DNA of 63,721 nucleotides, counting the filler, from Candidatus Omnitrophota bacterium (GTDB taxonomy: Bacteria > Omnitrophota > Gorgyraeia > JAGLLT01), in the NCBI GenBank assembly GCA_023140385.1. It is 6 parts of 6 records of this genome, joined end to end, with 100 filler letters (N's around TTAATTAATTAA, not from the genome) between each part and the next. Parts side by side here need not be neighbours in the genome. Positions count along the whole stretch, not along the records: positions 37,614 to 49,643 come from JAGLLT010000051.1; positions 49,744 to 54,473 come from JAGLLT010000053.1; 4 more parts are not named here. One strand, 5' to 3'. The translations under genes were made by a program, and so were the position numbers. The notes under the pieces are model-generated. The model saw nothing but the letters and a program-made list of their open reading frames with translations. It had not been told where the DNA came from and did not search any database. This document shows, one piece after another, positions 42,722 to 52,650 of the stretch (the first letter of the stretch is position 1; every line of letters begins with the position of its first letter).

Positions 42722-43557
42722 TTATTCTCAGTCTCCGTTTTTTCTTCGCTGTGCCCAAAAGGCAGCATTTTAATAATGTCCTTGGTCGTCTTTTCCAGAT
42801 TATCTATTGTTTTGCCGCCAATGTCTTTTCCTGTTTCAAAACTCTTATCCAGCGCGTCTCCGGCCGCCTTGCCGGCGCCTCCCACTATCCCCACCAAACT
42901 GTCTGATAATAACGTCACATCAAAGCCTGCCAACCTTGAGATAGTGGTACGCACCAGCGCCCTAATCAATATTAACTTAGCGAATTGCTGTATATCGATT
43001 ATATCTTCAAAGCTTTCATCAATATTTACATTATATGTCTTAATCACCGGTTTCTCACCTTGCGAATAATCTTTATAAATGACCTTATCTATCTTTAACT
43101 CTAACAAGTCAACTTTAAAATTTAACTCTTTTTTTTCCTGTTCTTCTTCTACCCGCGCAGGCTCTTCTTCCTCTTTCTCTGCCTTTGCAACTTTTAGCGA
43201 ACGCAGATTAAGCTCACCATCCTTATCTTTAACAACTATCAGTTCTCTTAAATACAGCCTCACTTTTTTAAAATGGGCTTTTTTCCTAAGTATGGCCTTT
43301 ACTTCGTAATCAAGGTAAATTTCCGGCACATCCACCATTACTCTATCAGCATACCTCTCGGGATTGTACAGCACCAAGCCGCCGACACCTATCGAGGATC
43401 CGAAAATATCCAGGTTCACACTTTCAATATCCAACTCAAGCCCTGTCACGGCACGGACACTGGAGGATAACAATGCCTTTACGATAAGGTTTCTACAGAA
43501 AAACAACCCTAAAAAAAATACCGCTAATAGCACAAGTATCTTTACAGGCTTTTTCAT
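42718..43557 (-). CDS. AsmA-like protein
   Basis: N-terminal anchor, beta-rich region, DGELNL motif. Confidence 0.6.
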   Translation of the reverse strand: MKKPVKILVLLAVFFLGLFFCRNLIVKALLSSSVRAVTGLELDIESVNLDIFGSSIGVGGLVLYNPERYADRVMVDVPEIYLDYEVKAILRKKAHFKKVRLYLRELIVVKDKDGELNLRSLKVAKAEKEEEEPARVEEEQEKKELNFKVDLLELKIDKVIYKDYSQGEKPVIKTYNVNIDESFEDIIDIQQFAKLILIRALVRTTISRLAGFDVTLLSDSLVGIVGGAGKAAGDALDKSFETGKDIGGKTIDNLEKTTKDIIKMLPFGHSEEKTETENK

Positions 43558-43614
43558 CTTATAATCCTCCTAATGTTTATCAACTGAATCTAAGTACAGT
43601 CACGAGCCATTGCC

Positions 43615-44118
43615 TTATCTGCCGGCCATATAATAACTCAGGCGTACGTATCTGGTTAAGTTCATCAAAGCATCGCTTCGGCTCTTCCTCTTTTCTGAAT
43701 CAGCCTGAGCCTCTTTAAAGCCCGGCATATCATCTAAAAGCTTCTGACAATACTCCCTTTCTTCCTCTTCACCCATAAAATTATCCCTTACATTCCTCAA
43801 CTCTCCCGAATCCAGAAAAAAACCGCCGCAGGCATAACACTCATCTACATTAATCTCTTTTGCCGATTGATACTTATGAATGTGCATAGGAATATCGCAC
43901 TTAGGGCAGTTTATCTGTTGGCGGTCTTCGTTGTTGGTACGCGGATACTCAATTGCCTCCTTTAAGGCCTTGCCCAGGCCTTCATTCTTTTCATCAAGCT
44001 TAACCAACTCACACCAGTCAAACCATATTCCCTTACATCCACTCTTGCAAATATCAACCATTACACCACCAAAATCTTCTTCTGTCATTTCCTTATGGCA
44101 CACGGGGCATATCATCAT
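43615..44118 (-). CDS. Double zf-TFIIB-like zinc-ribbon protein
   Basis: CPVC...DICKSGCKGIWFD and CPKC...DECYACGGFFLDSGEL. Confidence 0.8.
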   Translation of the reverse strand: MMICPVCHKEMTEEDFGGVMVDICKSGCKGIWFDWCELVKLDEKNEGLGKALKEAIEYPRTNNEDRQQINCPKCDIPMHIHKYQSAKEINVDECYACGGFFLDSGELRNVRDNFMGEEEEREYCQKLLDDMPGFKEAQADSEKRKSRSDALMNLTRYVRLSYYMAGR

Positions 44119-44132
44119 TTACCTCCTCCGGT

Positions 44133-44483
44133 TTAGCTCTTCAGCTTTTTCAGAGCGTCCTCTTTCTCGCTGAATATCTCAAAAACCTTATCTAAATTAG
44201 TTATCCTTAAAACCTCGGCCACCTTGTCCCTAACGCCGCAAAGCACTAAATCACCTCCGGCCTCCTTTGCTCTCTTCATCATAAAAACTAAAGAAGCGAT
44301 TATAATAGAAGATATAAAAGACGTCTCGGATAAATCAAGAAGTATCTTTTTCGCGCCTTCGTCTAAAAAACCGGCAAAGGTTTCCTTAAGCTCTTCGTTC
44401 TCATCAAGAAGAACATTATCCAGCATCAAAGTCAATATAGTAATGTCATCCTCCCTTTCAACACGGTATATTAAATCACTCAT
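44133..44483 (-). CDS. STAS-domain anti-sigma factor antagonist
   Basis: ILLDLSETSFISS and EVLRITNLDKVFEIF; ATG after GAGGGGGGAG. Confidence 0.85.
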   Translation of the reverse strand: MSDLIYRVEREDDITILTLMLDNVLLDENEELKETFAGFLDEGAKKILLDLSETSFISSIIIASLVFMMKRAKEAGGDLVLCGVRDKVAEVLRITNLDKVFEIFSEKEDALKKLKS

Positions 44484-44569
44484 AACACTCCCCCCTCTTT
44501 TCGGGCGATAACTACGCCCCTTATTAAAGTTTGTTCCGCTGAAAAGCAAATCCCCGATAAGCCCTATTG

Positions 44570-44776
44570 CTACTCCTGCTTTCTCAAGGACACCACATAG
44601 TCTCCCTCCGCTTCCTTTAAGCTACTATGCCCCTCTCTAGCCAGCCATCCCAAGCTCATTAATATCAAATCCCTCTCCTTACCTATTGCCGAAGGCAGTT
44701 CTGAAAGCCTACCCTCTTTATGCGTATCCAGATAGTTCAAAATTTCACCCGCGACAATCCCAATTTGAGTTATCAT
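44570..44776 (-). CDS. DUF2582-like winged-helix protein
   Basis: MITQIGIVAGEILNYL...SLGWLAREG; GGAGG RBS before ATG 44776. Confidence 0.8.
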   Translation of the reverse strand: MITQIGIVAGEILNYLDTHKEGRLSELPSAIGKERDLILMSLGWLAREGHSSLKEAEGDYVVSLRKQE

Positions 44777-44797
44777 TTGACTAACCCTCCTTAATGA

Positions 44798-44931
44798 GTC
44801 CCGCAGTGGCGGGACGAATTGATTCCTCCTGCGTGTTTTCAATAGAAAACAAGGGAGAATATATACCTAAATTATTATCTTAACGACCCCGCCAAAGCAG
44901 GCCTGCCTGCCGGAACCTCGGCGTAGGCAGG
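44798..44931. repeat. Intergenic REP-like hairpins
   Basis: GTCCCGC-AGTG-GCGGGAC (44798-44815) and CCTGCCTGCCGGAACCTCGGCGTAGGCAGG (44902-44931). Confidence 0.65.
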
Positions 44932-44933
44932 AA

Positions 44934-45167
44934 TTAACTTTCTTTCTTATTATAACTCCCGCACCTCGGGCAAATTGATAAATTTTTGTGGCGGCTGTCA
45001 ACATACGTATAGGCACATATAGAACACTGCCAGAATAACCTTTCCGATTCAATCTTAAAAACCCTGCTTCTATTTTTAAATTCGGTAAAAAACCACAAAA
45101 ATAGTATAATAACCACCGAAACAATGACGTATAGCGCCCAGACGCAGGAGAAACTAATCGCTATCAT
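44934..45167 (-). CDS. Small membrane-anchored Zn-ribbon protein
   Basis: One TM followed by CSIC...CPRC. Confidence 0.7.
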   Translation of the reverse strand: MIAISFSCVWALYVIVSVVIILFLWFFTEFKNRSRVFKIESERLFWQCSICAYTYVDSRHKNLSICPRCGSYNKKES

Positions 45168-45885
45168 TTAACGAATCCAGTTTAACTGTAACTACTCCCC
45201 ACTGAAAATTTTCATCCTCCGGCCTGCCTAAAGCGCAAAATCTCAACTTTTTAAGATACTTCCTCGCTAAAAAATCCACCTCTAACGAACCTGATGATAT
45301 AACCGGCTCAACAAAAATGACTTTTCCGCTGTTATCAACAAAAAGCCTGTCTTTGACACTAAAGGAACCTTTATCATCCAGCCACTCTGGAATCATCGGC
45401 TTTTGAGGAATAAACAAGACCTCTCTTTGGCTAAGCGGGCCTTTGATTTCAAGGGCTTTTGAGATAGAGCCCGGCCTCTCAATAAGCGGCCGGCCCACAA
45501 GCACGTTTTCAGCCTTCCCGAGACCTATCTCAATCTTCTCAGAAAAAACAACTTCTTCTTTCATCTCTTCAAAATAACGATTTCGCGGCAAAATATCACT
45601 GACAGGCCGCGTCTTCTCCATCAGCCCGATAATTACCTTATCTTTGCTTTTACTACCAATATCCGCTTTGCGGCCACGAAAATCATTCTCAAAAAAATCA
45701 CTCAGAAAAACTGTTGTCGGAATACTTACAACCTTTAGCTCTTTTGAGTTCAGATCAACTTTAAATACCGCGCACCACAAAAAATGCCAGATAAAAGAAG
45801 CTAATAGGGCGTATATAATTACTACTTTTTTGGCGCGATAGCGATATTTGTTTTCGATATTCCCGTCTCCCGGCATAAATCCCAT
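45154..45885 (-). CDS. TonB/TolA-like energy transducer (start uncertain)
   Basis: TM with SxxxH (SFIWH); C-terminal VDNSGKV...SSGSLEVD; follows exbD. Confidence 0.65.
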   Translation of the reverse strand: MGFMPGDGNIENKYRYRAKKVVIIYALLASFIWHFLWCAVFKVDLNSKELKVVSIPTTVFLSDFFENDFRGRKADIGSKSKDKVIIGLMEKTRPVSDILPRNRYFEEMKEEVVFSEKIEIGLGKAENVLVGRPLIERPGSISKALEIKGPLSQREVLFIPQKPMIPEWLDDKGSFSVKDRLFVDNSGKVIFVEPVISSGSLEVDFLARKYLKKLRFCALGRPEDENFQWGVVTVKLDSLNDSD

Positions 45886-46259
45886 ACTTCCGCAAGCCTC
45901 CCCAGAGTAACAGCTTCATCGCCCCTGATGCATATAGACTGGTCTTTCTCGGCAACTTTCTTTAACTCATCCTTGAGCTTGCTTTTCTCCACTAAGTTGT
46001 TGTCAAGATAATAAACGTTGTCTTTAGTTATGGTCAGAATTACTCTCTTTTCCTTGAGCAGTTTACCGGTTAAGGCCTTGGGAAGATTTACCGGAATACC
46101 CGGTTGTGAGATAAAGCTTGAAGTAAGCATAAAAAATATTAAAAGCAGAAATACTACGTCAATTAGCGGAGCAATATCCAGGCTTCCCTTTTTTATTTTT
46201 ACGCGTTTTCTGAATTTAACAGTTGACTTTTTCCAATAATCCTTAAATTTATACATCAT
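45822..46259 (-). CDS. exbD: ExbD/TolR family protein
   Basis: DIAPLIDVVFLLLIFFM, VNLPKA and IRGD motifs. Confidence 0.9.
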   Translation of the reverse strand: MMYKFKDYWKKSTVKFRKRVKIKKGSLDIAPLIDVVFLLLIFFMLTSSFISQPGIPVNLPKALTGKLLKEKRVILTITKDNVYYLDNNLVEKSKLKDELKKVAEKDQSICIRGDEAVTLGRLAEVWDLCRETGISKTNIAIAPKK

Positions 46260-46285
46260 TTTTCACCTGTTATCCTATCAACTCT

Positions 46286-46906
46286 TTAATAGCTTTTCTG
46301 TGAAATAGTGTTAATTAAATCCGTGGCGCTCTGCTCCATTTCTAATATTATATTTTCTACCCGGCCTACAAGATAATTGTAGGCTACATAAAAAACTATG
46401 GCTATTGCCAGGCCGGTCGCCGTCGTTATAAGCGCCGAAGAAATCCCGCCTGCTAAATCACCGGGGTTTACAGGAGAAGCAATGGTCGCCTTATCTTTTA
46501 TCACCTGAAAGGCCTCTACCATCCCGGTTACCGTACCCAGTAATCCCAACAAAGGGCAAATATGGGCAACCGTTGCCAGTATATTTAAATTTTTCTCCAA
46601 ACGAGCTACCTCGTGTAGGCCAGCATCTTCAATGGCCTCCTTTATCTCCATCCGGGAACGATCATGCCTCATAATACCGGCTTTCATAATGTGGGCTACC
46701 GGCCCGGGAGTCTGATCGCAAAGCTCAACCGCCTGCATTATTTTATTTCTTTTAATAGAGCCGGTGATAGCATCCATAAATTTTTTTGTGTCTATGCCGG
46801 CTCTAAATAAATGCCACATCCTTTCAGCAGTAACCGCCAGAGCGATTACCGAACAAAGGATTATCGGATACATCAAAGGCCCGCCATCTCGAATCATTTG
46901 CCACAT
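46286..46906 (-). CDS. exbB: MotA/TolQ/ExbB proton channel
   Basis: PLLGLLGTVTGM and GISSALITTATGL; AAGGAGG RBS before ATG 46906. Confidence 0.9.
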   Translation of the reverse strand: MWQMIRDGGPLMYPIILCSVIALAVTAERMWHLFRAGIDTKKFMDAITGSIKRNKIMQAVELCDQTPGPVAHIMKAGIMRHDRSRMEIKEAIEDAGLHEVARLEKNLNILATVAHICPLLGLLGTVTGMVEAFQVIKDKATIASPVNPGDLAGGISSALITTATGLAIAIVFYVAYNYLVGRVENIILEMEQSATDLINTISQKSY

Positions 46907-46951
46907 ATTATCCTCCTTTATAAAATCAATCTTTTCCATTTAAGGAATATG

Positions 46952-49405
46952 TTATTTAACTTTTTTTCTTATCTCCTCCAACTTTAACAAAATCTCATCT
47001 GTATGCCGGCTGTCAAGTTCAAGCAGTTTTTCATACATCTTCTCAGCCTTAAGCCATTCATTTCTGTCTTCAAATATAACCGCGCTTCTTAAACGCGCCT
47101 CGGCCACCCAATATTTAGAATCAGGAAATTTGTAGATAACCTTCATATAGCCGTCTAAAGCCTCGGCCATTTTTCTCTCCGCCTCCAGGCAGCCGGCTAT
47201 TTCATACTGGATCCTGGCGTTTGAGTCAGTCGGATTATTTTTGAGCGCCTTAGTAAAATAGTCTATTGCCTGCTTATAGTCTCCGGATTGTTTAGAGGCA
47301 TAAGCAATTTTTTCGTACGCGGCATTCGATAAAGCGGATTCCGGATATTCGGCGATTATTCTTTTGGCCGCGGCCTTTGCCTCATCATTCATATTCTCTT
47401 CTAAAAGAAGTGCCGCCTCTTCAAGAAGCGCCTGCGGAGCTAACGAATGGCTGGCAAAATTAGTGTACACGATTTTAAGCTTACTTCTGGCTTCTTCTGT
47501 CTTTTTTTCTTTTCTAAAAATACATCCCAGACGGAAGTGGCTTTCTGCGGCCGCCTCAGATTGAGGTTTTTCCTCTATTATATCATAAAAAAATTCTTTT
47601 GCTTTATCAAGTTTGCCCTCTTTGCAATAGTACTCACCCAGCCATAACTTAGCCTCAATTTTCATAGTATCATATTCGCATAATCGGGCAAGATTTTCAA
47701 AGGTTTCGACTGCCTGCGAATCCTTGCCCAGCCTAAAGTAAGACCAGCCAATTTGATACTCTGAGTTACTGCCTATCTCTTCACCTTTAAATGAAGCCGC
47801 TAACTTTTTGTATATATCAATGGCTTCCTGATATCGGGCCATGTTGTAATATGACGTTGCCACACCAAAAAGCGACTCTGTCTTCAGGCCGCTTTCAGGA
47901 TAAGCTTCAAGAAGCCCGTTAAACTTCTCCGCCGCCGCCTCATAGTCCGTCATCTTCAAGTAAATAAGCGCGACTTTGTACTGAGCCTGGTCAGCCAACT
48001 TACTCTGAGTATAGGAAACAAGCAGATTATTAAAAGCAGCCAGAGAAGCCTGATAATCACCCGTGCTATAAAACATAGTCCCCAGTTGGTACTGAGCATA
48101 ATCGGCATAGTAGCTTTCGGGATAGTTATTCAATATCTCATCATAGGATTCAATGGCTTTATCATATTCATTGACATCCAGGTAGGCGTCGGCCTTGCGG
48201 CACAAGGCTATCACCCTTAACATCTCATCCTTTGAACATTCGGTTAAATTTTCAAATTCATTAATTGCTTTAGCGTAATTTTTTAACCTTAAATACGTCC
48301 AGCCCAAATTGTAATAAACGTCTTCTATCAGCGGGCTTCGTTTAAATTTATTCTTAAACTTTTCATAAGAGACGGCCGCCTCCTTAAGATTATCCTGTTT
48401 ATAGTACGACTCAGCTATCCAGAAATAAACTTTATCAATAACAGGGGCGGTGGGATGCTTCTTAATTATCCTGTTATAAATCTCAATAGCCTTTGAGTGA
48501 TAGTCCATATTATTAAAACATCTGCCTAAAGTGTATTCCGCCTCCGGCATTAAAGTGGAATCAGGATATTCATTAATAAGTTTATTTAGATATATAAGGC
48601 TATTAGAATTGTCGTTAAGTTGAAAATAAATCCAGCCGAGGCCATACAAGGCACAAGGCATCAAGCTTTCATCCGAAGATGCCAACACCTCAACATAACT
48701 GCTGATAGCCTTGTCATATTCTTCAAGATGATAATAATTTTCCGCCGTCAAATAGCGGCTTTCAATCAATTTTTTCGACTTCGGATAACGCGCGGCAAAT
48801 TCTTTTATGCATTTATTGGACTCATCATAACCGCCCAGTTCCTTTAAACAACGCGCCATCTCCAGATAAGAACTTTCGATTAACTCTTCATCCTTGAACG
48901 TTTTTATAAACTTCCTGTAAATCTCAACGGCTTCTTTATATCTTCCGCTTTCCCTGAAGGCTTCAGCAAGCAAATAATGGCTGAGTTCAAGATATTCAGA
49001 ATCCGGACAGCCGTCGATTATACTCCTCAGACTCTCAATCACACCGGCATAATCTTTATTTTGAAGATGAATTTGGGACAACCAGAATAAAACCTCATCC
49101 TTAATATCCTCAGCCTCGGAATTGCTTAGAAGAGCATTAAGCTCTCCCTGGGCATCATGCAGATTGCCTGATTTAAATGAACATATAGCAATAAAGAGTG
49201 AGGCCTTCTGATAATAAGAGCTTTCGGAGTAGTTCTTTTGAAATTTTAGAAAATATGCTCTAGCCTCATCATAAAACTCATCCCAATAGGCCTGCCTGGC
49301 CAGACAAAAGTCATCCTTTTCTGAAGCATACGCGAAACTGCCTAAAGAAAAAAATAGGAAAACAAGAACCAGAATATATGTTATATTTCTATATTTTATG
49401 TTCAT
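46952..49405 (-). CDS. Secreted/periplasmic multi-TPR protein
   Basis: Signal peptide; many A.Y.LG...YP.S repeats over the full length. Confidence 0.88.
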   Translation of the reverse strand: MNIKYRNITYILVLVFLFFSLGSFAYASEKDDFCLARQAYWDEFYDEARAYFLKFQKNYSESSYYQKASLFIAICSFKSGNLHDAQGELNALLSNSEAEDIKDEVLFWLSQIHLQNKDYAGVIESLRSIIDGCPDSEYLELSHYLLAEAFRESGRYKEAVEIYRKFIKTFKDEELIESSYLEMARCLKELGGYDESNKCIKEFAARYPKSKKLIESRYLTAENYYHLEEYDKAISSYVEVLASSDESLMPCALYGLGWIYFQLNDNSNSLIYLNKLINEYPDSTLMPEAEYTLGRCFNNMDYHSKAIEIYNRIIKKHPTAPVIDKVYFWIAESYYKQDNLKEAAVSYEKFKNKFKRSPLIEDVYYNLGWTYLRLKNYAKAINEFENLTECSKDEMLRVIALCRKADAYLDVNEYDKAIESYDEILNNYPESYYADYAQYQLGTMFYSTGDYQASLAAFNNLLVSYTQSKLADQAQYKVALIYLKMTDYEAAAEKFNGLLEAYPESGLKTESLFGVATSYYNMARYQEAIDIYKKLAASFKGEEIGSNSEYQIGWSYFRLGKDSQAVETFENLARLCEYDTMKIEAKLWLGEYYCKEGKLDKAKEFFYDIIEEKPQSEAAAESHFRLGCIFRKEKKTEEARSKLKIVYTNFASHSLAPQALLEEAALLLEENMNDEAKAAAKRIIAEYPESALSNAAYEKIAYASKQSGDYKQAIDYFTKALKNNPTDSNARIQYEIAGCLEAERKMAEALDGYMKVIYKFPDSKYWVAEARLRSAVIFEDRNEWLKAEKMYEKLLELDSRHTDEILLKLEEIRKKVK

Positions 49406-49743
49406 AATATATAATAATTCCGGATTTTATTCTAACATCTATGCGGATTTCAAACAAGTATTTTCTTTAAGCAGCCGCCCGTATGCGAATTAAGTTACCC
49501 GGTTATTTCTTTCGGCATCGCCTTTGTACAATATTATTTAGAATTGGTTAATGATAAGTAGATTTTGATTATAACACATATAAACAGTCAATAGCAAATA
49601 AATACAAAAAAGGACGGGGGTGCATTGTAACTCATATTGCGAANNNNNNNNNNNNNNNNNNNNNNNNNNNNNNNNNNNNNNNNNNNNTTAATTAATTAAN
49701 NNNNNNNNNNNNNNNNNNNNNNNNNNNNNNNNNNNNNNNNNNN

Positions 49744-50094
49744 GCGCTTGATTATCTGGGAATGAAGGTTGTTGTAGTAGGTTCGCAAACAGGCAATAAA
49801 GATGATTACAGACGTCTGAAACAGATGTGTCCGGAAGGGACAATAATTGTTGATGATGCCAATCCGCTGGAGCTGTCACGGTTTATACTGGAGAAAGATG
49901 CCGATATTTTTATTGGCGGAGTCAAAGAACGCTATCTGGCTTATAAGCTTGGTATTGGTTTTTGCGACCACAATCATCAGCGTAAAATAGCGCTGGCTGG
50001 TTTTGGGGGAATGCTTAACTTTGCCCGTGAGGTCTATTCGTCAGTGATGAGCCCGGTGTGGCAATTTACGCCCCAGAGAGAAAAGGCGGGATGA
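49744..50094 (+). CDS. nifE: Nitrogenase FeMo-cofactor scaffold NifE, C-terminal fragment
   Basis: GSQTG, IVDDANPLEL, GGVKERYLAYKLG, FCDHNH and GMLNFAREV motifs; directly upstream of nifN. Confidence 0.85.
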   Translation, partial: ALDYLGMKVVVVGSQTGNKDDYRRLKQMCPEGTIIVDDANPLELSRFILEKDADIFIGGVKERYLAYKLGIGFCDHNHQRKIALAGFGGMLNFAREVYSSVMSPVWQFTPQREKAG

Positions 50095-50097
50095 ATT

Positions 50098-51453
50098 ATG
50101 AAAACAGAGAAAAAACCTTATATAGCTACCAGAAATCCCTGTAAGTTATGCGCTCCGCTTGGGGCAAGCCTCGTTTTTCAGGGCATCAGTGGCGCCTTAA
50201 CCTTTTTGCATGGTTCTCAGGGATGCTCGACCTATATACGCCGTTATTTCATTAATCATTTTAGAGAACCGCTTGACATCGCGGCTTCCAACTTCTCCGA
50301 AGAGACGGCTATCTTTGGCGGGAGAGATAATTTATTGACGGGACTTAAGAATGTTTGTAAACAATATGGCCCGAAACTTATAGGTGTAGCAACCACCTGT
50401 TTGAGTGAAACCATAGGTGATGACGTGCCGGCAATTCTGCGTGAATTTCATTTGAAACAGCCATCTGATTTTGTCCCAAAAATTGTCTATGTTTCAACGC
50501 CGAGTTATGCGGGGACTCATATAGACGGCTTTCATGCGGCAGTAGGAGCGGTTGTTTCGACTCTGGCATCGAAACGGGACAGGCTTAGACAAATAGGAAT
50601 TTTCCCAGGGCTGGTTTCACCCGCGGATATCCGGTATCTAAAAGAGGTGATGAGTGATTTTGGCCTTGACAGTGTCATCCTGCCTGACTATTCAGAGACC
50701 TTAGACGGCGGAATGTGGACAGAGTATCAAAAGATACAACGGGGTGGTACTTCACTTAGAGAAATTGCCTCTCTGGGGGGTTCGTTGGGGATAATTGAGT
50801 TTGGTCATAGCCTCAAGGAGAAAGAAACGGCGGGGACATTTCTCAAAGAGCGGTTTTCTGTAGAGCGGTTTTCTCTCGAGTTACCGGTTGGCATCAGGTT
50901 AACCGATTTGTTTTTTGAACTTTTAGAAAAACTTAGTGGTAGAAAAACGCAGGATAAGTACCGACTCAGGCGCAGCCGGCTTGTAGATTCGTACGTAGAT
51001 GGGCACAAATATATGTTTGAAAAAAAGGCCGTTGTCTATGGCGATGAAGATATGGTGGCATCGATTGCTTCCTTTTTACTTGAGATAGGGGTGATTCCTG
51101 TCCTTTGTGCTACCGGAGCACACAGCGGAACTTTCGAGCCCGTTCTCAATGAGATTGCTTCTCGTTATGGAAGAGAAATAACGGTTTGTGAGGGTCTTGA
51201 CTTTGAAGAGATATCAGAAAAATGCAAAGGTTTAAACATTGATTTTATGGTTGGCGGCAGCAAGGGTTACTACATAGCAAGAAAAATGAGTGTACCGCTT
51301 GTCCGAATTGGTTTTCCGATACATGACAGGATAGGTGCCCAAAGAATTTTGCACCTGGGATATGAAGGCACGCAGCAGTTGTTTGACAGAATAGTAAATG
51401 CAATTATTGAAAAGGAACAAGGGGCATCACCTGTCGGATATTCATACATGTGA
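50098..51453 (+). CDS. nifN: Nitrogenase FeMo-cofactor scaffold NifN (component-1 beta-like)
   Basis: NPCKLCAPLGA, HGSQGCSTYIRRY, HFREP, TTCLSETIGDD and GFPIHDRIG; lacks the NifK N-terminal extension. Confidence 0.85.
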   Translation: MKTEKKPYIATRNPCKLCAPLGASLVFQGISGALTFLHGSQGCSTYIRRYFINHFREPLDIAASNFSEETAIFGGRDNLLTGLKNVCKQYGPKLIGVATTCLSETIGDDVPAILREFHLKQPSDFVPKIVYVSTPSYAGTHIDGFHAAVGAVVSTLASKRDRLRQIGIFPGLVSPADIRYLKEVMSDFGLDSVILPDYSETLDGGMWTEYQKIQRGGTSLREIASLGGSLGIIEFGHSLKEKETAGTFLKERFSVERFSLELPVGIRLTDLFFELLEKLSGRKTQDKYRLRRSRLVDSYVDGHKYMFEKKAVVYGDEDMVASIASFLLEIGVIPVLCATGAHSGTFEPVLNEIASRYGREITVCEGLDFEEISEKCKGLNIDFMVGGSKGYYIARKMSVPLVRIGFPIHDRIGAQRILHLGYEGTQQLFDRIVNAIIEKEQGASPVGYSYM

Positions 51454-51497
51454 TACCTCTGTAGAGATAAATCTCTAACGGAGTGAAGGTAATTAAA

Positions 51498-52382
51498 ATG
51501 ACTATAGATATATCAAATCATCCATGTTTTAACGATAAGATACGGCACACTTTTGGAAGGGTTCACCTGCCGGTGGCACCGAGATGTAACATTCAGTGCA
51601 ATTACTGCAACAGGAAGTATGACTGTGTTAACGAAAGCCGGCCGGGAGTTACCAGTGCCCTGCTGTCGCCGCAGCAAGCTCTTTGTTACCTGGAATATGT
51701 AATGGAAAAAGTCCCCAATATTTCAGTTGCGGGAATTGCCGGCCCGGGAGACCCTTTTGCCAATGCGCAAGAAACGATGGAAACTCTGGAGTTGGTTAGA
51801 GAAAAGTACCCGGAGATAATTTTGTGTCTGGCTACAAACGGGCTTAACATTGTCCCTTATATAGAAGGACTTGCGGAGCTTAATGTAAGCCATGTAACTA
51901 TTACCATAAACGCCCTCGATGCCGAAATAGGCGCCAGGATTTACGCTTGGGTGCGATTTGGAAAAAGAGTGTACAGCCCCAATGAAGGATTTGAGATATT
52001 GCTGGATAAGCAGCTTAAAGCGGTCAGGTCTCTTAAGGAAAAAGGCATTAATGTAAAGGTTAATACTATAATAATTCCCGGCATAAACGATTGTCACATT
52101 GAAGCCGTTGCCGGAAAAATGTCAGAGTTGAGAGTAGATATCCACAATTGTATCGGATATTACCAGAACAAAGGAACTGTTTTTGAGGATGTTAAAGAAC
52201 CTTCCCCTGAACTTGTTCAAAAGATCAGGAAGAAGGCGGGAGAGCATCTTACTCAGATGTATCATTGTGCCAGGTGTAGAGCGGACGCGGTAGGTTTATT
52301 GGGAGAGGACAACGCGGAATGTTTTAAAATTTTAAAGGAGTGTAGTAATGAAAAAACCCAAGTACCACATTTTTGTATGTAA
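51498..52382 (+). CDS. nifB: NifB radical SAM protein (no NifX domain)
   Basis: HPC, CNIQCNYC, ESRPG, AGPGD, TITIN and CARCRADAVG motifs. Confidence 0.93.
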   Translation: MTIDISNHPCFNDKIRHTFGRVHLPVAPRCNIQCNYCNRKYDCVNESRPGVTSALLSPQQALCYLEYVMEKVPNISVAGIAGPGDPFANAQETMETLELVREKYPEIILCLATNGLNIVPYIEGLAELNVSHVTITINALDAEIGARIYAWVRFGKRVYSPNEGFEILLDKQLKAVRSLKEKGINVKVNTIIIPGINDCHIEAVAGKMSELRVDIHNCIGYYQNKGTVFEDVKEPSPELVQKIRKKAGEHLTQMYHCARCRADAVGLLGEDNAECFKILKECSNEKTQVPHFCM

Positions 52383-52650
52383 TTCGTTCAGGCTTACGGG
52401 TGAACCTCAAGGTGTATGCAATAAAAAAGGGGCTCCGGCCCTTCTTCAGTATATTGAAGAAGAGATAGTTGATAGAGGCATAGACGCGATGGTGTCCAGT
52501 ACCGGGTGCCTCAAAATGTGCGAAAAAGGGCCGGTTATGATAATTTATCCGGATAATTATTGGTATGGTGAAGTAACCGAAGAGGCAGTTGACAAAATTC
52601 TTGATGCTCTTGAAGATGGCAGAGCTGTGGAGGATTATTTAATCGCGTGA
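52348..52650 (+). CDS. Thioredoxin-like [2Fe-2S] ferredoxin
   Basis: HIFVC...GVC...TGCLKMCEKGP...YPDNYWY. Confidence 0.9.
   Translation: MKKPKYHIFVCNSFRLTGEPQGVCNKKGAPALLQYIEEEIVDRGIDAMVSSTGCLKMCEKGPVMIIYPDNYWYGEVTEEAVDKILDALEDGRAVEDYLIA

Noticed and set aside
44570..44842. N-terminal extension of the DUF2582 ORF through a hairpin as a fourth in-frame insertion
   Set aside because: A GGAGG RBS supports the start at 44776, so the hairpin is intergenic.
49410..49643. Possible ncRNA or leader upstream of the TPR gene
   Set aside because: No recognisable motif, convincing structure or ORF; truncated by the gap.
50098..51453. Calling this gene nifK or a Nif-like (CfbD/Bch) subunit
   Set aside because: It lacks the NifK N-terminal extension and lies between nifE and nifB, which fits NifN.
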